64,000 nucleotides of DNA from Lentisphaerota bacterium (GCA_015061805.1 SUVV01000009.1:31990-95989), one strand, 5' to 3'. Shown: positions 38,652 to 47,895, counted from the stretch's first letter. Made by a program: numbers and translations. The notes: a model not told the origin generated them from the letters alone.

Positions 38652-40076
38652 TTACATAAAGGAAATACTGTAGAGATCACATTCGCGCATTCTGATACGC
38701 AGACGGAATTTTCCGGCGGGCAGATCGGCAAAAGTTTTGCCTTTCCACTCCGGTACAAAGGAGATCCTGTCTCCGTAGAACTCTTTCATATCGTTGAAAG
38801 TCCAGCCGGGAATGGCATTGCCCTTTTCATCGCACACTTCCATCCGGAAACCGCCGCCGGCGCTGGTGGAAAGATTGATTTCCATATTGCCGCCCTTGCG
38901 TTCCAACACCCGGGTCAGCAGAGTTCCGGTGGTAAGCCCTGCGGACAGCGAAACAAATCCATCCGTCCGCAGACGGTACATCAATTTCTTGCGGTTGTGA
39001 TAGAGCAGCAGAGTTTCCGGGGTTTCCTGGATCATCCCCCAGGTGATGTAGTTCATCCGGTTCAGCCACCGTTCCGGGTCAAGTCCGGGCCTTATCCACG
39101 CTTCTGCCGAGGGACGGATGATGCCTTTGCCCGCCCGGGAAAAAATCAGCGCGACATCGGTGGCAGAACCCCGGTTGCCGAAGTAGCGGGTCGCCGCGCC
39201 GACATAGTAGTGCGGAGCGCGGGCGTATGGAGCAAGACCGCTGACGTAAAGGTGTTCACCACGGCGGTTGACCTTGAGATATTCCGGTTCGCTCCAATGG
39301 ATAAAGTCGGTGCTGGTGACTTTGGCAAAAGAGCGCAGACCTTTCAATTTGTCAGCGGTCTTCCAGACCCGGATATACATAACGTAGCACTTTTCTGTTT
39401 CAGAATAAAAGATGACGTTCAGAGAATCCAGCATGTGACCGCCGTTTTTTTTGGGCTCATAGTTGATAACCGGCTCTTTCTGAGCCAGTTTCCAATTAAT
39501 GCCGTCGGCGGAAACGTAGGCAAAAAGACCTTTGGTTTCCCGGACACCGGCGACTGCCTTGTAGCGTTCTTCCGGTTTACAAACGGGGTTGGTGTCATAG
39601 AAAGGCGCAAGGTTGTGGGTGATCACATCTTCGCCGTACAAAACAGCGTTGCCGGGAACCGGTTTGCCGGGGAAAAGTTTGAAATCCGGAGCTTCCCACT
39701 TCACGCCGTCGCGACTTGCGGCAATGCCGACATATTCTCCGGGGTGATTGTTGTACTTTTTACCTTTGTAAACGCTGTCTTCGGCGCGGAAATAGTAAAA
39801 GTAACTGCCGTCCGGTTTCCTGACGATGGCGTTGTAATGACCGATCGGCTTGCCCGGGTCACTTGGAAGTTCGACCGGAGTATGCTGTTTGAAATTAAGC
39901 GCCCGGCTTTCTTCGATAAGAAAATCATCGATAAAAAGTTCCCGTTTACCGGAAACATCGTAAACACCTTCTGACATATTTTTTCCTTTCGGTAAATCTT
40001 TTCCGCAGGCGGCACTTCCGGAAAAAACGGCTGCCGCAACAACACCCGGTATCAGAAAATCATAAAGTTTCATCAC
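38652..40076 (-). CDS. Lipoprotein, putative beta-propeller glycoside-hydrolase-like protein with a C-terminal beta-sandwich; family unassigned
   Basis: Lipobox FSGSAACGK. The C-terminal RTDGFVSL...EINLSTSAGGGFRMEV...LRIRMRECDLYSISF pattern resembles the sandwich domain that follows five-bladed propeller hydrolases. No catalytic motif was identified by eye. Confidence 0.35.
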   Translation of the reverse strand: MMKLYDFLIPGVVAAAVFSGSAACGKDLPKGKNMSEGVYDVSGKRELFIDDFLIEESRALNFKQHTPVELPSDPGKPIGHYNAIVRKPDGSYFYYFRAEDSVYKGKKYNNHPGEYVGIAASRDGVKWEAPDFKLFPGKPVPGNAVLYGEDVITHNLAPFYDTNPVCKPEERYKAVAGVRETKGLFAYVSADGINWKLAQKEPVINYEPKKNGGHMLDSLNVIFYSETEKCYVMYIRVWKTADKLKGLRSFAKVTSTDFIHWSEPEYLKVNRRGEHLYVSGLAPYARAPHYYVGAATRYFGNRGSATDVALIFSRAGKGIIRPSAEAWIRPGLDPERWLNRMNYITWGMIQETPETLLLYHNRKKLMYRLRTDGFVSLSAGLTTGTLLTRVLERKGGNMEINLSTSAGGGFRMEVCDEKGNAIPGWTFNDMKEFYGDRISFVPEWKGKTFADLPAGKFRLRIRMRECDLYSISFM

Positions 40077-40849
40077 ATCCCCAAATCGTTGAAATCATTC
40101 ATTATTTTATCACATTGCGAACTGATGCTGTTGACATCAGAACCACCGTTGACATAATCATATCCCTCGGCAAAACACTGCGCCAGAGAAGGAACCGAAA
40201 CAGTACCGGCAAATTTACCGTATTTGTGCGCGGTTTCAACCACCATTTTGCGGGCGCGGACGACCTCCGGATGATCGAATTCCGCCGGATGTCCGATCGC
40301 ATGACTGAAATCGCCCGGACCGAAAAATATCATGTCGATACCCGGCACCTGACAGATTTTATCCAATTCGCTCAACGGTTCGGGATCCTCGATCTGAACG
40401 ATGACCAGACGGTTTTCATTCATGAACTTCATATATTCTTTACACCCCAGCCGGCAGTAAAGACCGTCAGCGTTGCCGCCATCCACCGGGCGGCGTCCGA
40501 GCGGATGGAAGCGGACGGTGTGAACGATCTCTTCGGCTTCCGCCAGACTCATCAGATGGGGGATCATAATACCGGAAGCATCAGTTTCCAGCGGACGGAT
40601 ATAATCGCTGTACGAACCTTTGGCGACCCGGACGATCGTATCGCAGTCATGACACTTTGCCGCCATGATCTGCGTTTCCATAGTCGAAAAATCGGTCGGC
40701 ACATGTTCCTGACAAATCCAGATGGCATCGAATCCGGAGAGCGCCGCCAATTCGGCGGAGCGGGGACAGGAGAAATTCAGTTTGTAAGAGATCACCTTTT
40801 TGCCGGCGCGCATTTTATCCAGCATCCGGCTGCGGCGGGGAGCATTCAT
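40073..40849 (-). CDS. HpcH/HpaI-family 2-keto-3-deoxy-sugar-acid aldolase
   Basis: 258 aa with DAIWICQEH, VRV and VQIEDPE motifs typical of class II HpcH/HpaI aldolases. Confidence 0.75.
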   Translation of the reverse strand: MNAPRRSRMLDKMRAGKKVISYKLNFSCPRSAELAALSGFDAIWICQEHVPTDFSTMETQIMAAKCHDCDTIVRVAKGSYSDYIRPLETDASGIMIPHLMSLAEAEEIVHTVRFHPLGRRPVDGGNADGLYCRLGCKEYMKFMNENRLVIVQIEDPEPLSELDKICQVPGIDMIFFGPGDFSHAIGHPAEFDHPEVVRARKMVVETAHKYGKFAGTVSVPSLAQCFAEGYDYVNGGSDVNSISSQCDKIMNDFNDLGM

Positions 40850-40860
40850 TTTTCAGATCC

Positions 40861-41991
40861 TCACTTTTCAAATTTCCAGTTCAAAGTGCGCAATTTGGCG
40901 CCTTTTCCCCGATTTTCATACCACAGAGTGAAAAGGGTTCCGTCATCGAGTTCAACGGTGGAGGGATAACCGAGATCCCAGGTTTTGCCGTCATCACTCA
41001 AAATGATCTCTTCGCTCCAATTCTTACCGGAATCATTCGACACCCGCGCCCGGATACCGTAAGGTTTGAGCCGGTAAGTGTAGGTCATGATCACCTTATC
41101 TTTATCGAAAACTTGCAAATGAGTGGGAAAACCTTTGCAAATCTTGTGCGGAGTACTCCAGCTTTTGCCGCCGTCGGTTGATTCACTCTGCCACGTTTCA
41201 CCCAGTCCGGAACAGTTGTGGTTGCGGTACTGAACGATCAAAGTTCCATCGGGAGCCTCAACGCCATGGATCTCATGGATTTTCCGGATATCCTGTCCGG
41301 CAGGCAGGGGGATCGTGGAAACGATCTCCCATGAAATACCGTTATCTTTGGAAAATGCCGCAGAATATTCCTGAGTACAGGTGATCTCACCACTCAAACT
41401 GCCCTGACGCTGGCCGGGGAAAAAGAGTCTGCCGTCTTTCAACCGGACCGGCCCGTGCGGACTGTAAACCGGAGTGCGGTATTTGGTACTCCAACTCTTT
41501 CCGCCATCGGTGGAACGGCGCATCCAGAAACCATGTTCTTTTTTCAAGGTGGTCAGGTTGATCTTTTCGGCAATTTCCCGCCACTCTTTGTTCAAACGTT
41601 TCGCACGGAAAATAGCAGAGGTACTGGTAAAATAGTTCACCAGCAGAGAACCGTCCGCCGCCTGACAGATACCGGCATCCCGGTCATCCAGCGGCCCGGA
41701 AGAGAGCGCTTTCGGCCCTTCCCAACTCCTGCCGTTGTCTTTGGAAACATACATCCACACCCTGCCGTAGGGGCAGACATGGCGCTGACGGTTGCCGGAA
41801 CAGACTGCAATCAGCCGGTTATCGGCGGTTCGGATCACTGTGGGCCAGCCGTGATAGGTCGGAAACTTATCCAGAAAATTGGTGGCGATTTTTTGAATTT
41901 TCATCTTTTCTCCTCCTGAAACCGGTTTGACATCGGCGGCGCCCAGAAATACTCCGCAACCGACAACTGCTGAAACTATCAAATTCTTCAT
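40861..41991 (-). CDS. Secreted BNR/Asp-box beta-propeller glycosidase, sialidase-like
   Basis: Signal peptide plus five Asp boxes (SKDNGRSW, STDGGKSW x2, SKDNGISW, SNDSGKNW). I did not see a canonical FRIP motif. Confidence 0.65.
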   Translation of the reverse strand: MKNLIVSAVVGCGVFLGAADVKPVSGGEKMKIQKIATNFLDKFPTYHGWPTVIRTADNRLIAVCSGNRQRHVCPYGRVWMYVSKDNGRSWEGPKALSSGPLDDRDAGICQAADGSLLVNYFTSTSAIFRAKRLNKEWREIAEKINLTTLKKEHGFWMRRSTDGGKSWSTKYRTPVYSPHGPVRLKDGRLFFPGQRQGSLSGEITCTQEYSAAFSKDNGISWEIVSTIPLPAGQDIRKIHEIHGVEAPDGTLIVQYRNHNCSGLGETWQSESTDGGKSWSTPHKICKGFPTHLQVFDKDKVIMTYTYRLKPYGIRARVSNDSGKNWSEEIILSDDGKTWDLGYPSTVELDDGTLFTLWYENRGKGAKLRTLNWKFEK

Positions 41992-42689
41992 CGTTCGACA
42001 AAATCTCCTTTTTTGCCAATGGCATTGTAAATTTTTATGTGTGAAACGACCAGATCGCGCAATTTTGCGGCATCTTTATTTTTCAGAGCATCGACCATTT
42101 GCAGATGTTCGTCATATCCGGTACTGCGTTGAGAATTCGGCACGGAATTGTGCCACATTTCGGAAAAGAATTCCACCACCAGCGGTATCAATGAATCCAG
42201 CAATGAATTCCGGCTTGCCCGGATGATCGCTGAATGAAATTCAATATCCATTTTCCAGACCGCTTCCCGCTGATCGGCATCGTTTTTGAGTTCATTGATG
42301 GCGGAAGCAAGATCGTAAAGGCGGGCAACTTCTTCTGCGGTTATGTTTGCCGCTGCCAGTTCACAGCAGCCGCTCTCAAGAATCAGGCGCAGTTCGACCA
42401 GTTCTTTGAGTGAATGGCGGGATACCGCAAGAAACGGCATATAACCGGCATAGGGATTTTCCGGTAACAGCCGGGCAACGGTGGCGCCGATTTTCGGACG
42501 GGATTCGATGATGCCCAGCGTCCGGAAATGCTGGAGCGCTTCGCGGGTGATGTTGCGGCTGATCCGCAGTTTGAGCGCCAGATCACGTTCTCCGGGCAGA
42601 ACATCGCCGACTTGAAGTGTGGAAATATATTTTCCAATATTTTCGATTGCCGCATCAACGGCACTTCTGGATTTTACCGGCTCAAGCAT
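41988..42689 (-). CDS. GntR-family transcriptional regulator (FadR/FCD subfamily)
   Basis: N-terminal winged HTH LPGERDLALKLRISRNITREALQHFRTLGIIESR and a helical FCD-type C-terminal domain. The stop overlaps the sialidase-like gene start (ATGA). Confidence 0.85.
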   Translation of the reverse strand: MLEPVKSRSAVDAAIENIGKYISTLQVGDVLPGERDLALKLRISRNITREALQHFRTLGIIESRPKIGATVARLLPENPYAGYMPFLAVSRHSLKELVELRLILESGCCELAAANITAEEVARLYDLASAINELKNDADQREAVWKMDIEFHSAIIRASRNSLLDSLIPLVVEFFSEMWHNSVPNSQRSTGYDEHLQMVDALKNKDAAKLRDLVVSHIKIYNAIGKKGDFVER

Positions 42690-42704
42690 GAAACAGTACC
42701 TTTC

Positions 42705-42715
42705 ACAGTTGTTCT
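42705..42715. promoter_or_regulatory. Candidate GntR operator palindrome TGGTAcTACCA
   Basis: Perfect 5+1+5 palindrome, 16 nt upstream of the GntR start codon. It matches the generic GntR/FadR GT-Nx-AC operator pattern. Confidence 0.4.
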
Positions 42716-42807
42716 GGTACTACCATACATCCAGAGTCGATAAAAAGCAAGCCCTATATAGAAAATTTTCAAGAAAAATCTCCGCAGACAGAGTGCGAAA
42801 AGGTGCG

Positions 42808-43638
42808 TCAGATAAATAACAACGCGGCGTGGAAAAGAATTCCGTTGAAAATAAAACTGTCCAGCACGTCAAATGCTCCGCCCATTCCGGGAACCCAATG
42901 TCCGGAATCCTTGACATCGCACATGCGCTTGACCGCCGATTCTGCCAGATCTCCGAAGAAACTGCCCAGACTCAGCATCGCCGCCGCTGCCAGATACCAA
43001 ATCAAGGAAGCATAAGCGGCAAAATGGGCGAACGCCCAGCCGACCGCCAGCGAAAGACACATACCGCCGATAAGCCCTTCCCAGGACTTTTTCGGGCTGA
43101 GCGCCGGAGCGATCTTGTGGTTTCCGCCGGGGAGTTTGGAGGTCAGAGTTCCGACAATATAGCCGCCGGTATCGGTCGCCTTGGTCGCAAGGCAGAGAAA
43201 GAGCAGCCACGCGCCGACCGGTGCTCCGCCGTTGCGGCACTCAAAGGAGCCGAGAAATCCGAACATCGCCGGAGCGAGGAAAAGCAGAATACCGCAGGAG
43301 TTGAGATATTTTTCGGTAATGATTTCATTTTTCAGGAGCATGACCACGCCGCCGGAGATCGAAAGCAGCGTCAGCAGAGCAAGTCCGATAACTCCGGCAG
43401 GACGCCAATGGGTGGTGAGCATTGCCAACATCGTAAGCGCGTAAAAAGCCGCTGTCGTGATCACCGGAAAGTTTTTCCGTCCGGCATCGTTGAACATTTT
43501 GGCACATTCATAGATCGCCATCGCCGCCATCAGCGGAGCGGTCACCCAGAAGAGATAAATTCCGTAGGGACGCCAGAAAAAAATACCTGCCAGCAACGCC
43601 ATCAACAGCGTAAATCCGATGATCCTGAACTTGAACAT
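42808..43638 (-). CDS. cdsA: Phosphatidate cytidylyltransferase
   Basis: Polytopic 276-aa protein with the C-terminal signature SAVKRMCDVKDSGHWVPGMGGAFDVLDS. Confidence 0.9.
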   Translation of the reverse strand: MFKFRIIGFTLLMALLAGIFFWRPYGIYLFWVTAPLMAAMAIYECAKMFNDAGRKNFPVITTAAFYALTMLAMLTTHWRPAGVIGLALLTLLSISGGVVMLLKNEIITEKYLNSCGILLFLAPAMFGFLGSFECRNGGAPVGAWLLFLCLATKATDTGGYIVGTLTSKLPGGNHKIAPALSPKKSWEGLIGGMCLSLAVGWAFAHFAAYASLIWYLAAAAMLSLGSFFGDLAESAVKRMCDVKDSGHWVPGMGGAFDVLDSFIFNGILFHAALLFI

Positions 43639-43694
43639 TATTATAGTATCCTGTGTTGTTTGGTTATGATTCCCTGCTGAAACTCTCTCCTTAA

Positions 43695-43735
43695 TTTAAC
43701 TGTATTTACCGGAAATACAAGTTAATACAGTTAAA
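43695..43735. other. AT-rich nested inverted repeat between the HD gene and cdsA
   Basis: tttaactgtatt ... aatacagttaaa forms 12-nt arms enclosing a second hairpin, tgtattt/accgg/aaataca. Confidence 0.5.
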
Positions 43736-43747
43736 AAGTCCGGGATT

Positions 43748-44299
43748 TTATCCGGTCACCCCGAAAAGGCGGCACAATTCATCGAAACGGAAAACGGAGT
43801 CTTCGCCGAATTTCTCCATTGACGCCCGGATGCGGCCGAGCGGTTTTTCTGCCATTTTTCCGGATTTGGAAAAGAACTTGTCGGCTAAACAGATCAACTT
43901 TTCTTCCGGAGTTTCCGGCAGAAGATCCCGGTGCGGCAGCGGCAGACCGGAAGCGATGATCCCGGCGGCGGTCAAACCGCTTCCGGTGTGGCGCTCGCAG
44001 ATGCGGGCATAAGGTTCCAGCGCCGGATCAAGTTTGCGGAGCATACCGGCTCCGGCGATGCCGTGGGCGATATAGGGCAATTCCCCGAAACAGAAAATAT
44101 CCGGAGCATGACAGCAGATGATCCCGATATCGTGAAGCATCGCTCCGTTGGAGATCACCTCCGGATCCAGCGGCAAAGATGAGTTTTCCGCAATCAGCAG
44201 AGCCTTTGCTCTCACTTGCGAACTGTGTTTCATCAATACCTGATGCAGCTCCGGGGCATCGGCGTAAAACCGTTCAATTATCTGCAATGCCAATTCCAT
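43748..44299 (-). CDS. HD/HDIG-domain phosphohydrolase
   Basis: MLHDIGII (HDIG) and ERHTGSG motifs. The ATG at 44299 is preceded by AGGAGG; the ORF-track TTG extension was discarded. Confidence 0.75.
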   Translation of the reverse strand: MELALQIIERFYADAPELHQVLMKHSSQVRAKALLIAENSSLPLDPEVISNGAMLHDIGIICCHAPDIFCFGELPYIAHGIAGAGMLRKLDPALEPYARICERHTGSGLTAAGIIASGLPLPHRDLLPETPEEKLICLADKFFSKSGKMAEKPLGRIRASMEKFGEDSVFRFDELCRLFGVTG

Positions 44300-44321
44300 A
44301 AAATTCCTCCTGTTTCTGCAT

Positions 44322-44349
44322 ATTATAGCCCGATTCAAAAAAAATACAA
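44322..44349 (-). promoter_or_regulatory. Sigma70-like promoter candidate for the HD gene
   Basis: On the minus strand, TTGTAT (44349..44344), a 16-nt spacer, then TATAAT (44327..44322), about 20 nt upstream of the AGGAGG ribosome-binding site. Confidence 0.4.
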
Positions 44350-44450
44350 ATTGTATACGCGGAAAAATTTGTAAAAAACCGTTTTTCGGGTTATCTTATA
44401 TGAAATGAGGGGCGGTATTGAAACATACAACTCATACTACTGGTGGAAAA

Positions 44451-45119
44451 ATGAGAATACTGGTTATTGAAGACGACAACAAAACTGCAGAATTTTTACT
44501 TCAGGCATTGCATGATGCCGGTTACGAAACCTCCTACGCCGATAACGGCGCATCCGGATTGGAACTGGCACTCAAAGAGGATTTCGACTGTGCAGTGGTC
44601 GATATCATGCTCCCTCAGATGGACGGTTTCACCGTTATCGAAAAACTCCGGGAAGCCGGTAAAAAGACCCCGTTGATCGTGTTGAGTGCCAAAAGCACGC
44701 TGGATGACCGCGTTCACGGTCTTCACTCCGGAGCCGACTGCTATCTGGCAAAACCCTTTTCGGTTGCCGAACTGCTCGCCAATATCCAGGCGCAGCTGCG
44801 CCGCGTTTCCATGAGCGTTGAACCGACGGTGCTGACTGTCGAAGACCTTGAAATCGATGTCATCTCCCGCAAAGTCACCCGCGCCGGCAAGGTGATCGAT
44901 CTGCCTCCATTGGAATTTGAACTGCTGGAATATCTCGTCCGCAATGCCCGCCGGGTGGTCACCCGCAGTATGCTTATGGAAAATGTCTGGGAATACAACT
45001 TCGATCCGTCGACCAATATCGTCGAAACCCGTGTATGCAAACTCCGGGAAAAAATCGACAAACCCTTTGACCGGGATCTGATCCACACAGTGCGCGGAAT
45101 CGGTTATGTTCTCGAATAA
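44451..45119 (+). CDS. OmpR/PhoB-family response regulator
   Basis: Receiver domain MRILVIEDD...DIMLPQMDG...LSAK and a winged-helix output domain (LEFELLEYL...VRGIGY). Confidence 0.9.
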   Translation: MRILVIEDDNKTAEFLLQALHDAGYETSYADNGASGLELALKEDFDCAVVDIMLPQMDGFTVIEKLREAGKKTPLIVLSAKSTLDDRVHGLHSGADCYLAKPFSVAELLANIQAQLRRVSMSVEPTVLTVEDLEIDVISRKVTRAGKVIDLPPLEFELLEYLVRNARRVVTRSMLMENVWEYNFDPSTNIVETRVCKLREKIDKPFDRDLIHTVRGIGYVLE

Positions 45120-46797
45120 ACTCCTGCGGATCTCGCTGAAGATCCGTCTGGCATTCACCTATACCCTGTTTTTTTTCATCTCCTGCATATTGATCTTTAC
45201 GGTATTTTCCCTGCGGGTGTACCGGGAGATCAACCGTATCGGGGATGAGGAACTTTTCCGTATTGCCGACAATATCACGGATCTCTATCACAATTCGCTG
45301 CAGAATTCCAGGAATACCATTGTCAATGATTCCCGCAGCGACTACCCGGAATCCGACCGGGCGGTATTGGAAAAGCGCTTCCCCGGTATGGAACTCATCT
45401 CCGCCGACCGTCTGGAGAGTTTGAACAACAGTTCATCCGCAGCCAAACCCACCAATTACTATACCGCGTACATTTTTCACCGGAATCAATATTATGAATG
45501 CCGGGTGCGCCGCGATGGTTCGGTCTACTCCAAACTGATCAAAAAAAATGCCGGTCTGCGCCGGCTCCGGGAACAGCTTGACGCCGCCGCCAACCCGCAG
45601 AAAAACGCCGAAAAAGCGTTGAAACAGAAATTCCGGGAACTCGGCCGTTTCCACGGACAAAATGAATTTTTCGCCTTGATATGGGATTACGAAAATGAAA
45701 AATATCTCATGCATGCCGGAGCAAAACCGGCGGTACTGGCAAAGATCGTCAAGCATGAAACAACTCCTTCGACCGGCTTTGAGATCGAAAAATTCCGCTG
45801 TATTTATACTGATATACCAGACCTCGGCAGATTCATCGTCGGCAGATCGATCAAAAACCGGGATGCCATCATCCGGCAATCCCTGATGATCTTTGTCGGT
45901 ATCCTGTTCAGCGGTACCGGTATCGGTGTTGCCGTAGCATGGCTGATCGCCCGCCGCTTCATCCGGGGTATAAAACAGACTACTCTGGCAATGAAAAGCA
46001 TCTCCGACGGCGACTACAGTTACCGTATCGCTGAAATTCCCTATAATGACGAAGAGATCGTGACCCTGATGGAAACTTTCAACGATATGAATGAACGCAC
46101 CGAAAATCTGCTTAAAGATATCAAGATGATGTCTGACAACGTTGCACACGACCTGCGGACACCGCTCACCCGCATTTCCGGAACCGTGGAACTGCTGTTG
46201 AGCCGCCGGGAACTCTCCGATGAAGTCCGGGATGTCTGCGTATCAGTGCTGGAAGAGATACTGCGGTTGAAAAGTCTGGTCAATACGATCATGGATATTT
46301 CCCGGACCTCCGCGCAACCGGATTCGCTGAAAAAGGAATCTATCGACCTCACCGGGCTCATCCGGAATTTCTGTGACTTCATGCTCCCGGCGTTTGAAGA
46401 AAAATCGTTGAAACTCACCACCGATCTTCCCGGAAATCCGCTGATAATGACCGTTGACAAGACCATGTTTCAGCGGATGCTGGCAAACCTGATCGAAAAT
46501 TCGCTCAAATTCACCACTTCCGGCGGCACCACTATCCGTTTGCACAGTAAAGAACAATCCGCCATACTGGAAATCAGCGACACCGGATGCGGCATATCAC
46601 CGCAGGATCTCCCCTACATTTTTGACCGTTTCTTCCGCGCCGATGCCAGCCGCCACCTCTCCGGCAACGGTCTTGGACTGGCGCTGGTCAAAGCCGTCGT
46701 CACCGCTCACAACTGGGAACTCGATGTCAAATCGGTTCCCGGCAAAGGAACCTCCTTTATTATAAATATGCCCAACCAGACTGGAGTCAAAGAATGA
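45106..46797 (+). CDS. Sensor histidine kinase (2 TM, HAMP, HisKA, HATPase_c)
   Basis: TM helix near the N-terminus, a second TM plus HAMP around ILFSGTGIGVAVAWLIARRF, H-box SDNVAHDLRTPLT, N-box LIENSLKFT and G-boxes DTGCGI and GNGLGLA. Confidence 0.9.
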   Translation: MFSNKLLRISLKIRLAFTYTLFFFISCILIFTVFSLRVYREINRIGDEELFRIADNITDLYHNSLQNSRNTIVNDSRSDYPESDRAVLEKRFPGMELISADRLESLNNSSSAAKPTNYYTAYIFHRNQYYECRVRRDGSVYSKLIKKNAGLRRLREQLDAAANPQKNAEKALKQKFRELGRFHGQNEFFALIWDYENEKYLMHAGAKPAVLAKIVKHETTPSTGFEIEKFRCIYTDIPDLGRFIVGRSIKNRDAIIRQSLMIFVGILFSGTGIGVAVAWLIARRFIRGIKQTTLAMKSISDGDYSYRIAEIPYNDEEIVTLMETFNDMNERTENLLKDIKMMSDNVAHDLRTPLTRISGTVELLLSRRELSDEVRDVCVSVLEEILRLKSLVNTIMDISRTSAQPDSLKKESIDLTGLIRNFCDFMLPAFEEKSLKLTTDLPGNPLIMTVDKTMFQRMLANLIENSLKFTTSGGTTIRLHSKEQSAILEISDTGCGISPQDLPYIFDRFFRADASRHLSGNGLGLALVKAVVTAHNWELDVKSVPGKGTSFIINMPNQTGVKE

Positions 46798-47696
46798 GTT
46801 TCACCGCATTTTTCCTGTTACTGCTTTCTGTAACATTTCACGCTTCATGGAACCTCGTTGCCAAAAAATCGGCGACGACCATCGCCTTTTACACTGTTAT
46901 CTGCATGACCTCGGCACTGTGCTGGCTGCATCTGCAATTCTGGACTCCGGTGAATGTGCTGGGACTGCCCGGGAAGTATTACATATTTATGGCATGTTCA
47001 GTTTTGTCCGATCTGATCTACTGCTGCGGACTGGTTCACGCCTACCGGACAATGGAGATGTCCACGGCCTACCCGATGATGCGTTCACTGCCGCTGCTGC
47101 TCACGGCGGCGCTGACCACGCTCCTCGGTTGGGGCAAACCGCTGACCGCGATGGCGCTTGCCGGAATGGCGGTGGTATTCGCCGGATGTCTGATGATGCC
47201 GCTGAATGATTTCAGAAATTTCAGGATCAGCAATTACATCAACTCCCATTTGCTGTTTATTCTGCTGGTTGCCTGCGGTACGACCGGATATACGGTATTC
47301 GACAGTCAGGCACAGCAGATCATGCGCAGTGAACTGCCGGATATCAGCAAGCCGGTAATGGCGCTCACCTACTATTCCAGCCGTGGTATCGTGCTGACCT
47401 TGACCCTGTTCACGACCGTATTCCTGCTGAAAAACGAACGCGCCAACCTGAAACGCCTGATAACTGAACGCAACTGGACACCGGTTCTGGCGGGGTTGTT
47501 TGCCACTTTTTCCTACGGATTGGTGCTGATCGCCATGAATTATGTTTCCAATGTATCTTATGTGCAGGTATTCCGTCAACTGGGACTGCTCGTCGGTGTT
47601 GCCGGAGGCATACTTATCCTCAAAGAGCGCTGTTCAGTGCCGAAGATATCCGGCAGTCTGCTGATCGTAACCGGATTGATCATGACTGTACTGTAA
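46794..47696 (+). CDS. DMT-superfamily (EamA-like) transporter
   Basis: A 300-aa protein with about ten hydrophobic segments arranged as two halves. ATGA overlap with the kinase gene. Confidence 0.55.
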   Translation: MSFTAFFLLLLSVTFHASWNLVAKKSATTIAFYTVICMTSALCWLHLQFWTPVNVLGLPGKYYIFMACSVLSDLIYCCGLVHAYRTMEMSTAYPMMRSLPLLLTAALTTLLGWGKPLTAMALAGMAVVFAGCLMMPLNDFRNFRISNYINSHLLFILLVACGTTGYTVFDSQAQQIMRSELPDISKPVMALTYYSSRGIVLTLTLFTTVFLLKNERANLKRLITERNWTPVLAGLFATFSYGLVLIAMNYVSNVSYVQVFRQLGLLVGVAGGILILKERCSVPKISGSLLIVTGLIMTVL

Positions 47697-47895
47697 ACCT
47701 CGCTGAAAACAGCCTTTTACCGGCTTCTGCTCAAATCATAAGCCAATATTTTACGCTGAAACCGATCTTTGTAAATAAAAAAGTTGAGTAGATACTTGAC
47801 TTTTTACAAGAACGGCGCAATATTATAAAGAGAGCAAATGTTGCTCGCAAAATTGACGCGTGTAAGGACAGCAACCAACGTGAAAGGGAATAAAA

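Noticed and set aside
38526-39974. 482-aa plus-strand ORF opposite the 474-aa lipoprotein gene
   Set aside because: The minus-strand gene has a lipobox and operon coupling (ATGA with the aldolase gene). The plus-strand frame lacks a start context and is low-complexity.
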